A stretch of 64,000 nucleotides of DNA, taken from Tubulanus polymorphus. Taxonomy: Eukaryota > Animalia > Nemertea. Of this stretch, positions 29,849-40,757 are shown piece by piece. Location: contig NC_134025.1 in the NCBI RefSeq assembly GCF_964204645.1, positions 19,505,101-19,569,100 of the forward strand, given 5' to 3'. The translations under genes were made by a program, and so were the position numbers. The notes beneath the pieces are model-generated. The model was given only the letters and a program-made list of their open reading frames with translations, had not been told where the DNA came from and did no database searches. The first letter of the stretch is position 1. The number at the start of each line of letters is the position of its first letter.

Positions 29849-30447
29849 ATACATATTTATATAGCGTATAAGCTACATCTTAGCGCGGGCACGTCAGATT
29901 GATATAGTAAGTGCAATAGTTAGCGTTCTCGTTGTCTGGATCAGAGAAACTTTACACCAAACGGTTCCGAATAACGGAAAGACAGCAGTAATAGGGGTAA
30001 TAGGCTTTCAAATCAAAGGTCGAACGGTCGAGCTCATAAAAAATGAAAAACATGAAAATAATAACAATTTCTACTTGAATTAGTCGCGAAACTCATAAAA
30101 AATGAAAAATAATTCTCACACACTCGAATTTATTTTTCATTTTTACTCGCTAGAAAAAAGTGTGAGTAAAGTGTGAGTGAAATAAATTCGAGTGTGTGAG
30201 AATTATTTTTTATTTTTTATGGGTTTCACTCCTAATTCAAGTAGAAATTGTTATTATTTTCATGTTTTTCATTTTTTAATGAACTCCACCATTCAACCTT
30301 TAACCTGAAAGCCTATTACCCCTATTACTCTTAAAATATTCATATACATGAATAAAATATATATGAATAACATATAAATTGATAGATTATTCAATATAAG
30401 TGTGAGTGAAATAATTCATATTAAAAACAGTGAATATTTATATTTGA

Positions 30448-31081
30448 ATGAGTTTTAATAAAAATTTTGTTATAAAAATGAAGAAAGAAGAAAAAGAACC
30501 CAACTTTAAAATCGAAATCAATGAAACCAATAAATCATTTTCACAGTTTTACATTAAAAATTATATTTCAGCAACAAATTTTGTGTCCGCAAGGTATTAT
30601 AAAATCAAAAATATTACTGTAATTAATCAAATATTATCAAATGAAACATATTTAATTACTGAACTAGTAGATACTTTTGATAATGGCGTTAAAAATCCTA
30701 AAATATTCAATACAGTTTTAAAATTAAAAGGAATTTTAGATGAAAACATAATAAATTTTCTTAATACTCCTTTCAATGAAAGAAATGATGATTTAATACT
30801 TTCTAAAGATTATAATGATTTGATTAACTTAAGAATTGAAAAAAGACAATTATATTATTTCAATTTTGATAATAAACAAATTATCTATAATGAAAATTCA
30901 TCAAATATTGGAATTCAATGTGAATTAGATAATGAAAAATCATTTAAAGATATTGCAGTTCAATGTAATTTAGATGATGAATTTAGAAAATTCAATCCTA
31001 ATGAAAAAGTGCATTGTTATTGCGGAGGTAAATATTTAAAATCACATAACAATTAAAAATAAAAACTGGCGTAAAGAGTAA
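30448..31081 (+). pseudogene. Element ORF1, left copy (~215 aa ancestral; C-terminal CxC..H..H zinc finger), 17-nt deletion near the 3' end
   Basis: 202-aa ORF 30448-31056; compared with the right copy it lacks aatcaaagcattatgga. Confidence 0.75.
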
Positions 31082-31133
31082 CAATTCTACATTACAATTA
31101 TTGAATTGAGTTAAATGATTTAAATATCTAATA

Positions 31134-32390
31134 GACTGTTAAAATGATAAATTGTTTAACAGTTGAAATGATAAATTGTTTAACAGTTGAAATGATAAAT
31201 TGTTTGACGGTTGAAATGATAAATTGTTTGACAGTTGAAATGATAAATTGTTCGACAGTTGAAATGATAAATTGTTTGACAGTTGAAATGATAAATTGTT
31301 TGACAGTTGAAATGATAAATTGTTCGACAGTTGAAATGATAAATTGTTCGACAGTTGAAATGATAAATTGTTTGGCAGTTGAAATGATAAATTGTTTGAC
31401 AGTTGAAATGATAAATTGTTTGGCAGTTGAAATGATAAATTGTTTGGCAGTTGAAATGATAAATTGTTTGGCAGTTGAAATGATAAATTGTTTGACAGTT
31501 GAAATGATAAATTGTTTGACAGTTGAAATGATAAATTATTTGACAGTTGAAATATTAAATTGTTTGACGGTTGAAATGATAAATTGTTTGACGGTTGAAA
31601 TGATAAATTGTTTGACTGTTGAAATGATAAATTGTTTGGCAGTTGAAATGATAAATTGTTTGACAGTTGAAATGATAAATTGTTCGACTGTTGAAATGAT
31701 AAATTGTTCGACAGTTGAAATGATAAATTGTTCGACAGTTTAAATGATAAATTGTTTGACAGTTGAAATGATAAATTGTTTGGCAGTTGAAATGATAAAT
31801 TGTTTGACAGTTGAAATGATAAATTGTTTGACAGTTGAAATGATAAATTGTTTGACAGTTGAAATGATAAATTGTTCGACAGTTGAAATGATAAATTGTT
31901 TGACAGTTGAAATGATAAATTGTTCGACAGTTGAAATGATAAATTGTTCGACAGTTGAAATGATAAATTGTTTGACAGTTGAAATGATAAATTGTTTGGC
32001 AGTTGAAATGATAAATTGTTTGACAGTTGAAATGATAAATTGTTTGACAGTTGAAATGATAAATTGTTTGGCAGTTGAATTGATAAATTGTTTGGCAGTT
32101 GAAATGATAAATTGTTTGGCAGTTGAAATGATAAATTGTTTGACAGTTGAAATGATAAATTGTTTGACAGTTGAAATGATAAATTATTTGACAGTTGAAA
32201 TATTAAATTGTTTGACGGTTGAAATGATAAATTGTTTGACAGTTGAAATGATAAATTGTTTGACTGTTGAAATGATAAATTTTTTGACAGTTGAAATGAT
32301 AAATTGTTTGACAGTTGAAATAATAAATTGTTTTACAGTTGAAATGTTAAATTGTTTGACAGTTGAAATGTTAAATTGTTTGGCTGTAAA
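31134..32390 (+). repeat. 24-bp tandem array (~52 units, atgataaattgtttgacagttgaa)
   Basis: Direct reading; the MINCLTVE periodicity in the ORF track reflects the 24-bp unit. Confidence 0.97.
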
Positions 32391-32506
32391 TTTCATTGTT
32401 ATTTGATTTAATCATTTAAAAGTTTAATATTTTTAAAATGATTATAAAATATTTAATTAAAAACTAGCAAATATTTTATAAACTGTTTAATTTTTCTCTT
32501 AAATAA

Positions 32507-32716
32507 ATGGATGGTTTCATCCCAACTGGGAAAAGTGATTTGAAACATTATTTAGTAGCAGGCGGATAAATATTGGCTGCGCTTTTCTTTTATTATGAAA
32601 ATATCAGTAAGGATTTGATTAATGAAAATATAAAATTGAGCAAGAAATTAAAGAAGTTAAATGGAAACAATCACAGAAATAAAAAAGTTAATGATTTAAA
32701 TGATTTGGAGGATTAA
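32507..32716 (+). pseudogene. Element ORF2, small putative membrane protein with one internal stop
   Basis: taaATG; MDGFIPTGKSDLKHYLVAGG*ILAALFFYYENISKDLINENIKLSKKLKKLNG...DLED*; in-frame TAA at 32567. Confidence 0.5.
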
Positions 32717-32763
32717 AACAACATCTTTTAATTTAATTTATTCTATATATTTTGTCTATAAAA

Positions 32764-33069
32764 ATGAGTGAAAATAAGGTATTAGAAATATTACATCTAA
32801 TATATAAAAATCAACAGAATATTTAATCAATTATTATGATTTCAGGTTTATTTTCATTCTCAGTTTATACTATAAAACAGTTGTTAGAATTCTATGATTG
32901 CTGTAAAATTAGATACACTGAATTAATAGAAAATATGAATTATATTTCAGATAGATTGAATAATATTAAATGCTGTGAAATATGCAATAAAAGATATAAA
33001 AATAAAAAATCATTAAGGAATCACATGTATCTTCACGAACTTGATGAAAAATTATATGAATCAAAATAA
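32764..33069 (+). pseudogene. Element ORF3, small C2H2 zinc-finger protein with one internal stop
   Basis: MSENKVLEILHLIYKNQQNI*SIIMISGLF...CEICNKRYKNKKSLRNHMYLH; in-frame TAA at 32824. Confidence 0.6.
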
Positions 33070-33224
33070 GAAATCGACTGTTAAATTAGCTGAAAATATA
33101 AAATATATTAGTTGAAATGTATGAAAATGAGTAAATTATATTTACGTTAAAAAAGGAGGGTTGAGGTATCAATGTATTAAATACGTATTAAATACGTATC
33201 AAATACGTATTAATGGTATTAAAT

Positions 33225-33432
33225 CATCCGTCAACTGTCAAACAATTTATCATTTCAACTGCCAAACAATTTATCATTTCAACTGTCAAACAATTTATCA
33301 TTTCAACTGTCGAACAATTTACCATTTCAACTGTCAAACAATTTATCATTTCAACTGTCAAACAATTTATCATTTCAACCGTCAAACAATTTATCATTTC
33401 AACTGTTAAACAATTTATCATTTTAACAGTCT
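33225..33432 (-). repeat. 24-bp tandem array, inverted copy (~8-9 units)
   Basis: Reverse complement of the 31134 array. Confidence 0.95.
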
Positions 33433-33483
33433 ATTAGATATTTAAATCATTTAACTCAATTCAATAATTGTAATGTAGAATTG

Positions 33484-34097
33484 TTACTCTTTACACCAGT
33501 TTTTATGTTTAATTGTTCCATAATGCTTTGATTTATGTGATTTTAAATATTTACCTCCGCAATAACAATGCACTTTTTCATTAGGATTGAATTTTCTAAA
33601 TTCATCATCTAAATTACATTGAACTGCAATATCTTTAAATGATTTTTCATTATCTAATTCACATTGAATTCCAATATTTGATGAATTTTCATTATAGATA
33701 ATTTGTTTATTATCAAAATTGAAATAATATAATTGTCTTTTTTCAATTCTTAAGTTAATCAAATCATTATAATCTTTAGAAAGTATTAAATCATCATTTC
33801 TTTCATTGAAAGGAGTTTTAAGAATATTTATTATGTTTTCATCTAAAATTTCTTTTAATTTTAAAACTGTATTGAATATTTTAGGATTTTTAACGCCATT
33901 ATCAAAAGTATCTACTAGTTCAGTAATTAAATATGTTTCATTTGATAATATTTGATTAATTACAGTAATATTTTTGATTTTATAATACCTTGCGGACACA
34001 AAATTTGTTGCTGAAATATAATTTTTAATGTAAAACTGTGAAACTGTGTTTTTCTTCTTTCTTCATTTTTATAACAAAATTTTTATTAAAACTCATT
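33484..34097 (-). pseudogene. Element ORF1, right copy; intact C-terminus, frameshifting indel near the 5' end
   Basis: Ends VHCYCGGKYLKSHKSKHYGTIKHKNWCKE*; 43 nt of the left copy are replaced by cacag near 34045. Confidence 0.75.
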
Positions 34098-34660
34098 CAA
34101 ATATAAATATTCACTGTTTTTAATATGAATTATTTCACTCACACTTTTATATTGAATAATCTATCAATTTACATGTTATTCATATATATTTTATTCATGT
34201 ATATGAATATTTTAAGAGTAATAGGGGTAATAGGCTTTCAGGTTAAAGGTTGAATGGTGGAGTTCATTAAAAAATGAAAAACATGAAAATAATAACAATT
34301 TCTACTTGAATTAGGAGTGAAACTCATAAAAAATAATTCTCACACACTCGAATTTATTTCACTCACACTTTTTTCTAGCGAGTAAAAATGAAAAATAAAT
34401 TCGAGTGTGTGAGAATTATTTTTCATTTTTTATGAGTTTCGCGACTAATTCAAGTAGAAATTGTTATTATTTTCATGTTTTTCATTTTTTAATGAACTCC
34501 ACCATTCAACCTTTAACCTGAAAGCCTATTACCTAGCCTATTGCTAGCGTCTCCTCTAATCGTTTCAGCTGACCGTTTGAATAATCAAAACATAGACAGA
34601 AAATGCAGGCCTCCAAGTAGAGATCCAGTTTTCAAAGACTACAAAGTCTTATCCTCACTA

Positions 34661-34796
34661 CAGTCGAACCTCACTATAACGAACCTTGATACAACGATTT
34701 ATTGGATGTAAAAGACATAACATATTCAATCTCGCAATGAATACAAATAAGTATGGTTGTAACAATCGGCTTCGTCGTAACGAGTATAGTCGCTGT
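34661..34796. mobile_element. Degenerate pogo-type MITE fragment
   Basis: ta-cagtcgaacctcactataacgaacc start; weak right end ...gctg-ta. Confidence 0.45.
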
Positions 34797-36533
34797 ATTA
34801 AAAATAACCGCTGTGTTTCGTGAATGTAATTCCATAGACCACATGCACTTGGATGAGAAACATCGTACAGGTAAACGTCAACTCTGTTTGGGGGGTCCTT
34901 CTTTTCTGGCATCATTATAGACATCAGTAGATTGCTTTGTGTGTGTAAATGTGTTGAGTAAGGAATGACAATAATACCTGGAACGACTTATATACTGGTA
35001 TGCCTGATTACGAAAATTTAAAGTAGTTTTCTGTGTGTAACATGTTATCACTGATTAAAATATAAAAATGGAATAAAATCCTATAGTAGGTGTCACGTCG
35101 AGGTAACGGCAGATCACGTTGTTCATCTCGGATTCTCTTCTCACTGGTCGGGCCAACCCTCCGAGGGATCACATTATACATACAACAAATGTATCATTTG
35201 ACATAAGAAATATATCAATCGTGCAATCTGGAGGCATGAATACGTGAATATGACTTACCAGTATTGAAATTTCCTTTACATGCTAAACTTACAGCTTTAA
35301 GTATACATGTAGTATGGATCCAAGGTCGTGTTTGTAATCTGTTAATGTAATGAAAAGATGGCATTCTATTTCATTTGTATCTTTAGAATATCATAACATC
35401 CTATAATGATGAGATTACTTCCTCTCAAAATTGATCTAATCGGATGTGCGCACTGTGCGGTATGCCATCCAAAAACACCAATTTTGTACTGATAAAAATA
35501 CTGGAAATAAATCTACTCCACAAGATGCATGCATCCATTGTAAGAAGTTATCTAAATACGTACATGTACGATCTCTATATGCCGCATCAACAAACCTCAG
35601 TAAACTAACAAAACAAAATAGCAAATTATGAATTTAATAGTTTCTATTACATAAACCACCCAAATATTCCATTTAGAAACTACATAATGAATAAATATTA
35701 ATTTCTCATACATCATCATGACCCAACACATCAACGTGGACTCATTCGAGAGTCATCTTGGAATCATTCAACAGTTATTCCGAGGTCATACATGGAAAAA
35801 GGTGGTGAAGGCTGCAAGACTAAAGGCTATGATGGATACCAATCCCACTAACATAACCCAGCTTATGACACAAGCTGTATTCCACAAGTTGGCAAAGCCT
35901 ATGCTTCCAGTCTTAACTAAGTGCAACTGGCCCGAGTTCAGCTATGATGCATCAGAACTTCTTACCAATCAGAGACAGCATACGTGTTGTACACAATATG
36001 TTAAACACTGTTAGCGTCATTATAATGCTATAGTCAAACTTTCAAACAGTTTCGACGCATACTTAAGCCTCAGCATATTGGATAAAATCAGAACAAAAAG
36101 GATGAAAATGTGAAATTCGAATATCACAAGTATTCAAATTCATTCTCAAAATTTTCATCACCTGACCATCTATAGTCAGTTCAGTTGCCAGCAATCATAG
36201 CTGACATAAGCAGGGAAGCAACTGGCTGGATTTCATATCCCACTAGTTGCTGCAAATAAAGCACAACCGATACAAGCTGGGTTCTGATTGCATTTCCTCC
36301 CAGGCAGGTCAGTATCAGTGACTTTGTTGCTGACATAAAAAAATCTGAGATAAAATAATTACATTTCAATAAGTTTACTCTCGAGTCAAATCTTAACTGA
36401 TAACTGTGAAACCGGCTCTTGATGGTTAATGTAGGTGTGAATCTTTGACCTGGACCAATGCTTCAGACATGCCATACTACCTTCAAAAATCAATATACTA
36501 CAACAGAATGCGCTATAAACTCCTAAGCATGAA

Positions 36534-36999
36534 CAGCCAAAGCTCGTTATACCGCCAAATTCACCTATTGCCAAGAATTTCCTAGTGCACAGTTCATTTC
36601 GTATCTATGTGTATATGTATGTAAATAGCTCTTGTTATACCACCTCTCGCCCTCCGCCATAACGCCAACGAAATCCTAGAACAGTCCTATTCAAACTTAT
36701 AGAGAAAACATTCGTTGTTATACCGCCAACGATTTTTGGTCAACCATATTTCCTGTCTGTTATGTTAAGAATCGAAACATATGGTTAGCAGTATCACAAA
36801 TCTATTGTATCATTTTTTCTATTATCTAAATGAAATAAGCTAAGACCTTGAAGCTTCCTATATTAAGATTAATTGATGTCAATTCTGGATTTGGTCGATA
36901 GTCATGTCTTGCATACTATGTCAACTCTCATGATCGCCTTTTCGTTATACCGCCAAATTTTGACAGTCCCGGGGCTGGCGTTATAACGAGCTTTGGCTG
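36534..36999. mobile_element. Tc1/mariner-pogo type MITE
   Basis: TIRs cagccaaagctcgttataccgcca / tggcgttataacgagctttggctg; internal gttataccgcca repeats. Confidence 0.85.
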
Positions 37000-37972
37000 T
37001 GTATATAACTCAATCCACAAATTAACAAGGCCTAAATTCCTCAAATTGCACAAATTATGATTTTTCTATCAATTTTCGTCATCGAGTATCTGGTACTCAC
37101 TTTATCAGGGATATAAATGTGCCGCTTTGAAGATCTAATGTCTCATCCTAAAAAAATACTATCAAGTGAAGGCCCCATCCCCTATCATACCGGAAGAGAA
37201 TCATGCCATAAATCAATGTTTTCTAATCTGAAATCGATATAGTAGCTGCTATCATCAGTTTTTGAGTAAAGACGCATGTGAATTGATGATGAATGCAGCA
37301 AAAATTTGATGAGTTGCCCGCACATGAGAGCGTACTTTGAGCTGCGTTGAAAAATATCGAACATGTTAGATATTTGGCGAAAGGCAAAATTTCACGGACA
37401 AAATAGCCTCAGCATGTCCCCAATTATAATCAAAAACAATATCACACCATCTTCTAAAATTACTCAATTCCGTCTATGGCCAGATGGGCATCAATACAAC
37501 AAATGAATTGATGGATGGTTAACTGACAAAAAGTGAATTCAAAAGTGAATTCAAGTCCCATAAGGCTGAAAACCATGCCACCTCCAAAGATCCTCCGATT
37601 GATTGGTTATGGAGGAACTATTTGCAATACTGTTATGACTTATGATATCAGTGCAGTTCATTATTCATAGCTTTCAACATGTCATTTTTGGTGAACTAAA
37701 CAGTGCACATTAAACATATGAAAAATACATCACAAATTATTTCCACATCTATAGTATACAGTAAAATATGGATATGTGCTTGATCACTTGAGACCAATAA
37801 GTGGACCCTATAATAAATTGGTACTGTATTTTACGATTATTAATCCCCCAAGTAGTGAGCCAGAAAAAATAATAAGCATAAATGCACAAATAGACAATCA
37901 CGATTTATACTGTTGTATACTGTAAAAACAATCACAATGAATTGTAAACTTCAGAAAAACACAACAAAAACT

Positions 37973-38281
37973 TTAAGCATCACTGATTTGAACAGTCTCA
38001 TCAACAGTCATATCATTTTGATTACTTTGCATTACTTCTATCATGTCGATTGAGGCCTGTTGTCCAGTGTCGGCCATCTGCATCAATTGTTGAAGTATTT
38101 GAACAGCAGCTTCATGCTGCGCTGAATTCTGAGAGTCTACAATCACTTCTGATTGTACTTGATCCATTCCAACAGGCATTACAAGTATTGTTGTGGTTTC
38201 TTCTTCACTGTTCAGTCCTTGAGCTACTTGGTTGACCACTTCTACTGTCGACTCATCAACTATCAGTGCGCCATCTTCAGT
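37973..38281 (-). CDS. C2H2 zinc-finger protein, last exon (acidic/Q-rich tail)
   Basis: ttgcag|TEDGALIVDEST...VQISDA*; phase 0 matches the upstream exon. Confidence 0.85.
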   Translation of the reverse strand, partial: TEDGALIVDESTVEVVNQVAQGLNSEEETTTILVMPVGMDQVQSEVIVDSQNSAQHEAAVQILQQLMQMADTGQQASIDMIEVMQSNQNDMTVDETVQISDA

Positions 38282-38764
38282 CTGCAATCATCAATATCAC
38301 TTACTATCAAAAGGAAATTGGAATTCAAATTTCAAAAATCCTATGTGCAGCCTTTCTTAGAAGCTGCGCTGAATTCGTTTTTTCTGCAATATCTTAGTGA
38401 CTATATATTGTATTCTATTATTGCAATCATTAATAAAGATTATCTACTACAATTCTTTATTTGTTTGTTAAATGCACTAGCGGGCAGACGTATTCTTTCG
38501 GAATAAGACAAAATGTCAAGTGTCAATATACCAAACATGTACACAAATTATTGAATTGATCTACGGGTCCAGGGACAACATGCCCACTTGAGAAGTGGTA
38601 CTGAAATGCTCAACAATCTGGCAATATCAATATTTACAACGCCTCCTTGTAAAAAGCATAATAAAAGCAAATCACATTGAAACTGAACACAATCACAGAA
38701 GATATCATGGGCTACCACTGTGCAATGACTCCTGGTTGCGACTATCCCACCAGACGGCATGAAT

Positions 38765-39024
38765 AACACAAGGAGCCTATCGGCTTATATAGCAATAGAA
38801 GCTGAATATCTAGGGGTGCCCCCTTGTGGCCAAATCCAAAAGGGCTTTGTACTTTGTAGGTATTGGTCCATAGAACATTCATACCAAATTTGGAATTGAT
38901 CTGATTAAAACTGTAGGACTAGTAGCGAATTGAAGCAAAAGTTGACGGACGGACGGACGGACGGACGGAATAATCCCCCTAACCCATCAGCTCTGCTGAC
39001 CTTCGGTCACAGCGGAGCTAAAAA
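38765..39024 (-). mobile_element. Short HINE-like element (family C)
   Basis: Minus-strand 5' tttttagctccgctgtgaccgaaggtcagcagagct hairpin followed by (GTCC)n. Confidence 0.65.
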
Positions 39025-39399
39025 GGACAACCCAATCAAAATTTTGTCTATTCTCCACTTATTTCTATTTAGATCATTAACCCCTACATCTCAAATTATG
39101 TAAATTACATTTCTCAATGAACTCACATTGACCTTCAAGGTTGATATTAATCGTTAAAATATTCATTTGTCATTCATTCACCGAGATTTTAAGATGGTTG
39201 CCAATCGTGTAACCATCACGTAAATAACCCCGCGATGAGCTGGTGTCGGGGTCGGTGATTATATTAACCAGAATGATTCTAGAAACAATGTATCAGTCAT
39301 AGTTAGAAAAGAGGCAACGAGCAGGCTTAACGCGTTGAATATTCCCAACTGCTCAACTGAGTTCAACTGATCGTTTGATGACTCAAATAAGCAGACAAC

Positions 39400-39665
39400 G
39401 CGCCCCCCCCCCCCAATTGCAAGATTGTCATTTTATACACAAGAGCTAAGAATTTTCCCCCCAAAAACAGTTTTTTGTACAATTTTAACAAAGTTGACCA
39501 TGTCATCGATAGAGGTTCGCCATATCTTCGATCGCATCGAGTATACATCGTTTCGGCCGAGAACCAATGAAACAGATGCTCACATAAAAAAACATACTGC
39601 GATTTTACATAATTGGCTCAATGTGAACTTCAATATCGCTGACAACGGTAAACCAAAAATATCAT
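39400..39665 (+). repeat. Dispersed repeat fragment; second copy at ~47580-47865
   Basis: Both copies have a C-run, caagagctaagaattttccc, aacaaagttgaccatgtcatcga and ggtaaaccaaaaat. Confidence 0.75.
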
Positions 39666-39829
39666 GACAATCCATCGAAGCATCTTTAAATTCTCAGAAT
39701 AGCAGGATTCTGTGTATGGACAAGACAGTAGAAATGGTTGATTTCTAATAATAAAAGGATTTGAAGATGCAGGGACGAAGTGGGCTTAAAGTGTCAAGAA
39801 TTGAGTAAACAATATCTATTAATACTCAC

Positions 39830-40549
39830 TGTTGTTATATGATTAATGAGTGTCTGTGGATGGATAAGTTTGTTTGTTTCATCCAAATTCACTATTGCTT
39901 GCGGTAAAGCAGCAATTGCATTTTCTTGATGGTGTTTGTGTTCCTTCACCATATGTCTATGAACAGTGCTGCGATGTTTTGCCCGAAACGGACAATAGAA
40001 GCATTGATGCGGCATTTCCCCTGTGTGTACCGGTAGATGATGCTTCAATATTGTCGCAGTTTTGAAACTTTTACCGCATGTTTCACATTTATAGCGGCGT
40101 GTCGTTTCGTCGCTCGTATGCGAGTTACGTATATGAGACGTCAACGTTTTTTGATCGCGGGCTCGGAAATAACAACTCTCATACGTGCACACATAAGGCC
40201 GGTGTTCTGTGTGAGTTCGAAGATGCGTTTTCAATGCTTGCTCCTGCATTGTTCCGTACGGACAAAATGAGCACCGGAACTTCTTCGGATCGTGACGTTT
40301 TTGCACGTGACACTTTAAATATAGTCGATCGGTTGTTTCGAAGCCACAAATCTCACAACGTAATATCGGGTTATTACTGTGCTTTCTGCGACGGTGGTTC
40401 ACAACGCTACTTGGATTTTTAAACTGTTGTCCACAAATATCGCACATAGCCATTTTTCCATCAAACTTATGAACCATGAAGACATGTTTTTGTAGATTGT
40501 TTTTCTGTGGAGCACGATATTTACAGTATGGGCATGGAAATCCTTTATT
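39830..40549 (-). CDS. C2H2 zinc-finger protein, main tandem-finger exon (~7 fingers)
   Basis: CPYC..H..H, CDIC, CEIC, CSFC..HLRTHTEHRPY, CTYESC, CETCGKSF..HLPVHTGEMPH, CFYC; 720 nt, phase 0-0. Confidence 0.93.
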
Positions 40550-40687
40550 CTGTAATGAATAATAATTACACATTGGGTTCATGAGGACATGTTATTCATA
40601 AATAATCAGTCTTTTCATCATCTTATGATCTGTTTACACACTTATTTTGTTTCATCGGAAGCGAAATTGTAGCTAAAAAATACAAAC

Positions 40688-40757
40688 CTCATGTTTAATC
40701 ATTCTATGACTTTTCAGCGCGAATGAATGTTTAGCAACATAACCACACACCTCACAG
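40688..40757 (-). CDS. C2H2 zinc-finger protein exon (not in the ORF track)
   Basis: catag|(T)CEVCGYVAKHSFALKSHRMIKHE|gtttgt; phase 2-0 links the neighbouring exons. Confidence 0.85.

Larger units (their letters stand above)
29987..34545. mobile_element. Unclassified AT-rich element with long inverted arms and terminal palindromes
   Basis: 29987-~31340 is the reverse complement of ~33225-34533; each end is itself palindromic (29987-30329 and 34217-34533). Confidence 0.85.

Noticed and set aside
31144-32406. MINCLTVE-repeat ORFs, or a CRISPR-like array
   Set aside because: Head-to-tail 24-bp tandem repeats with no unique spacers; eukaryotic context; the open frame follows from the 3n unit length
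29981-34551. Classifying the ITR element as a Polinton/Maverick
   Set aside because: Starts with AG, but no 6-bp TSD and no pPolB, integrase, ATPase or capsid remnant is visible; terminal palindromes are atypical. Not fully excluded.
34658-34924. Minus-strand ORF as a synaptotagmin first exon
   Set aside because: No donor in the required phase was found; its C-terminal half runs into a MITE fragment
35718-36014. 98-aa ORF
   Set aside because: No recognisable motif or splice support
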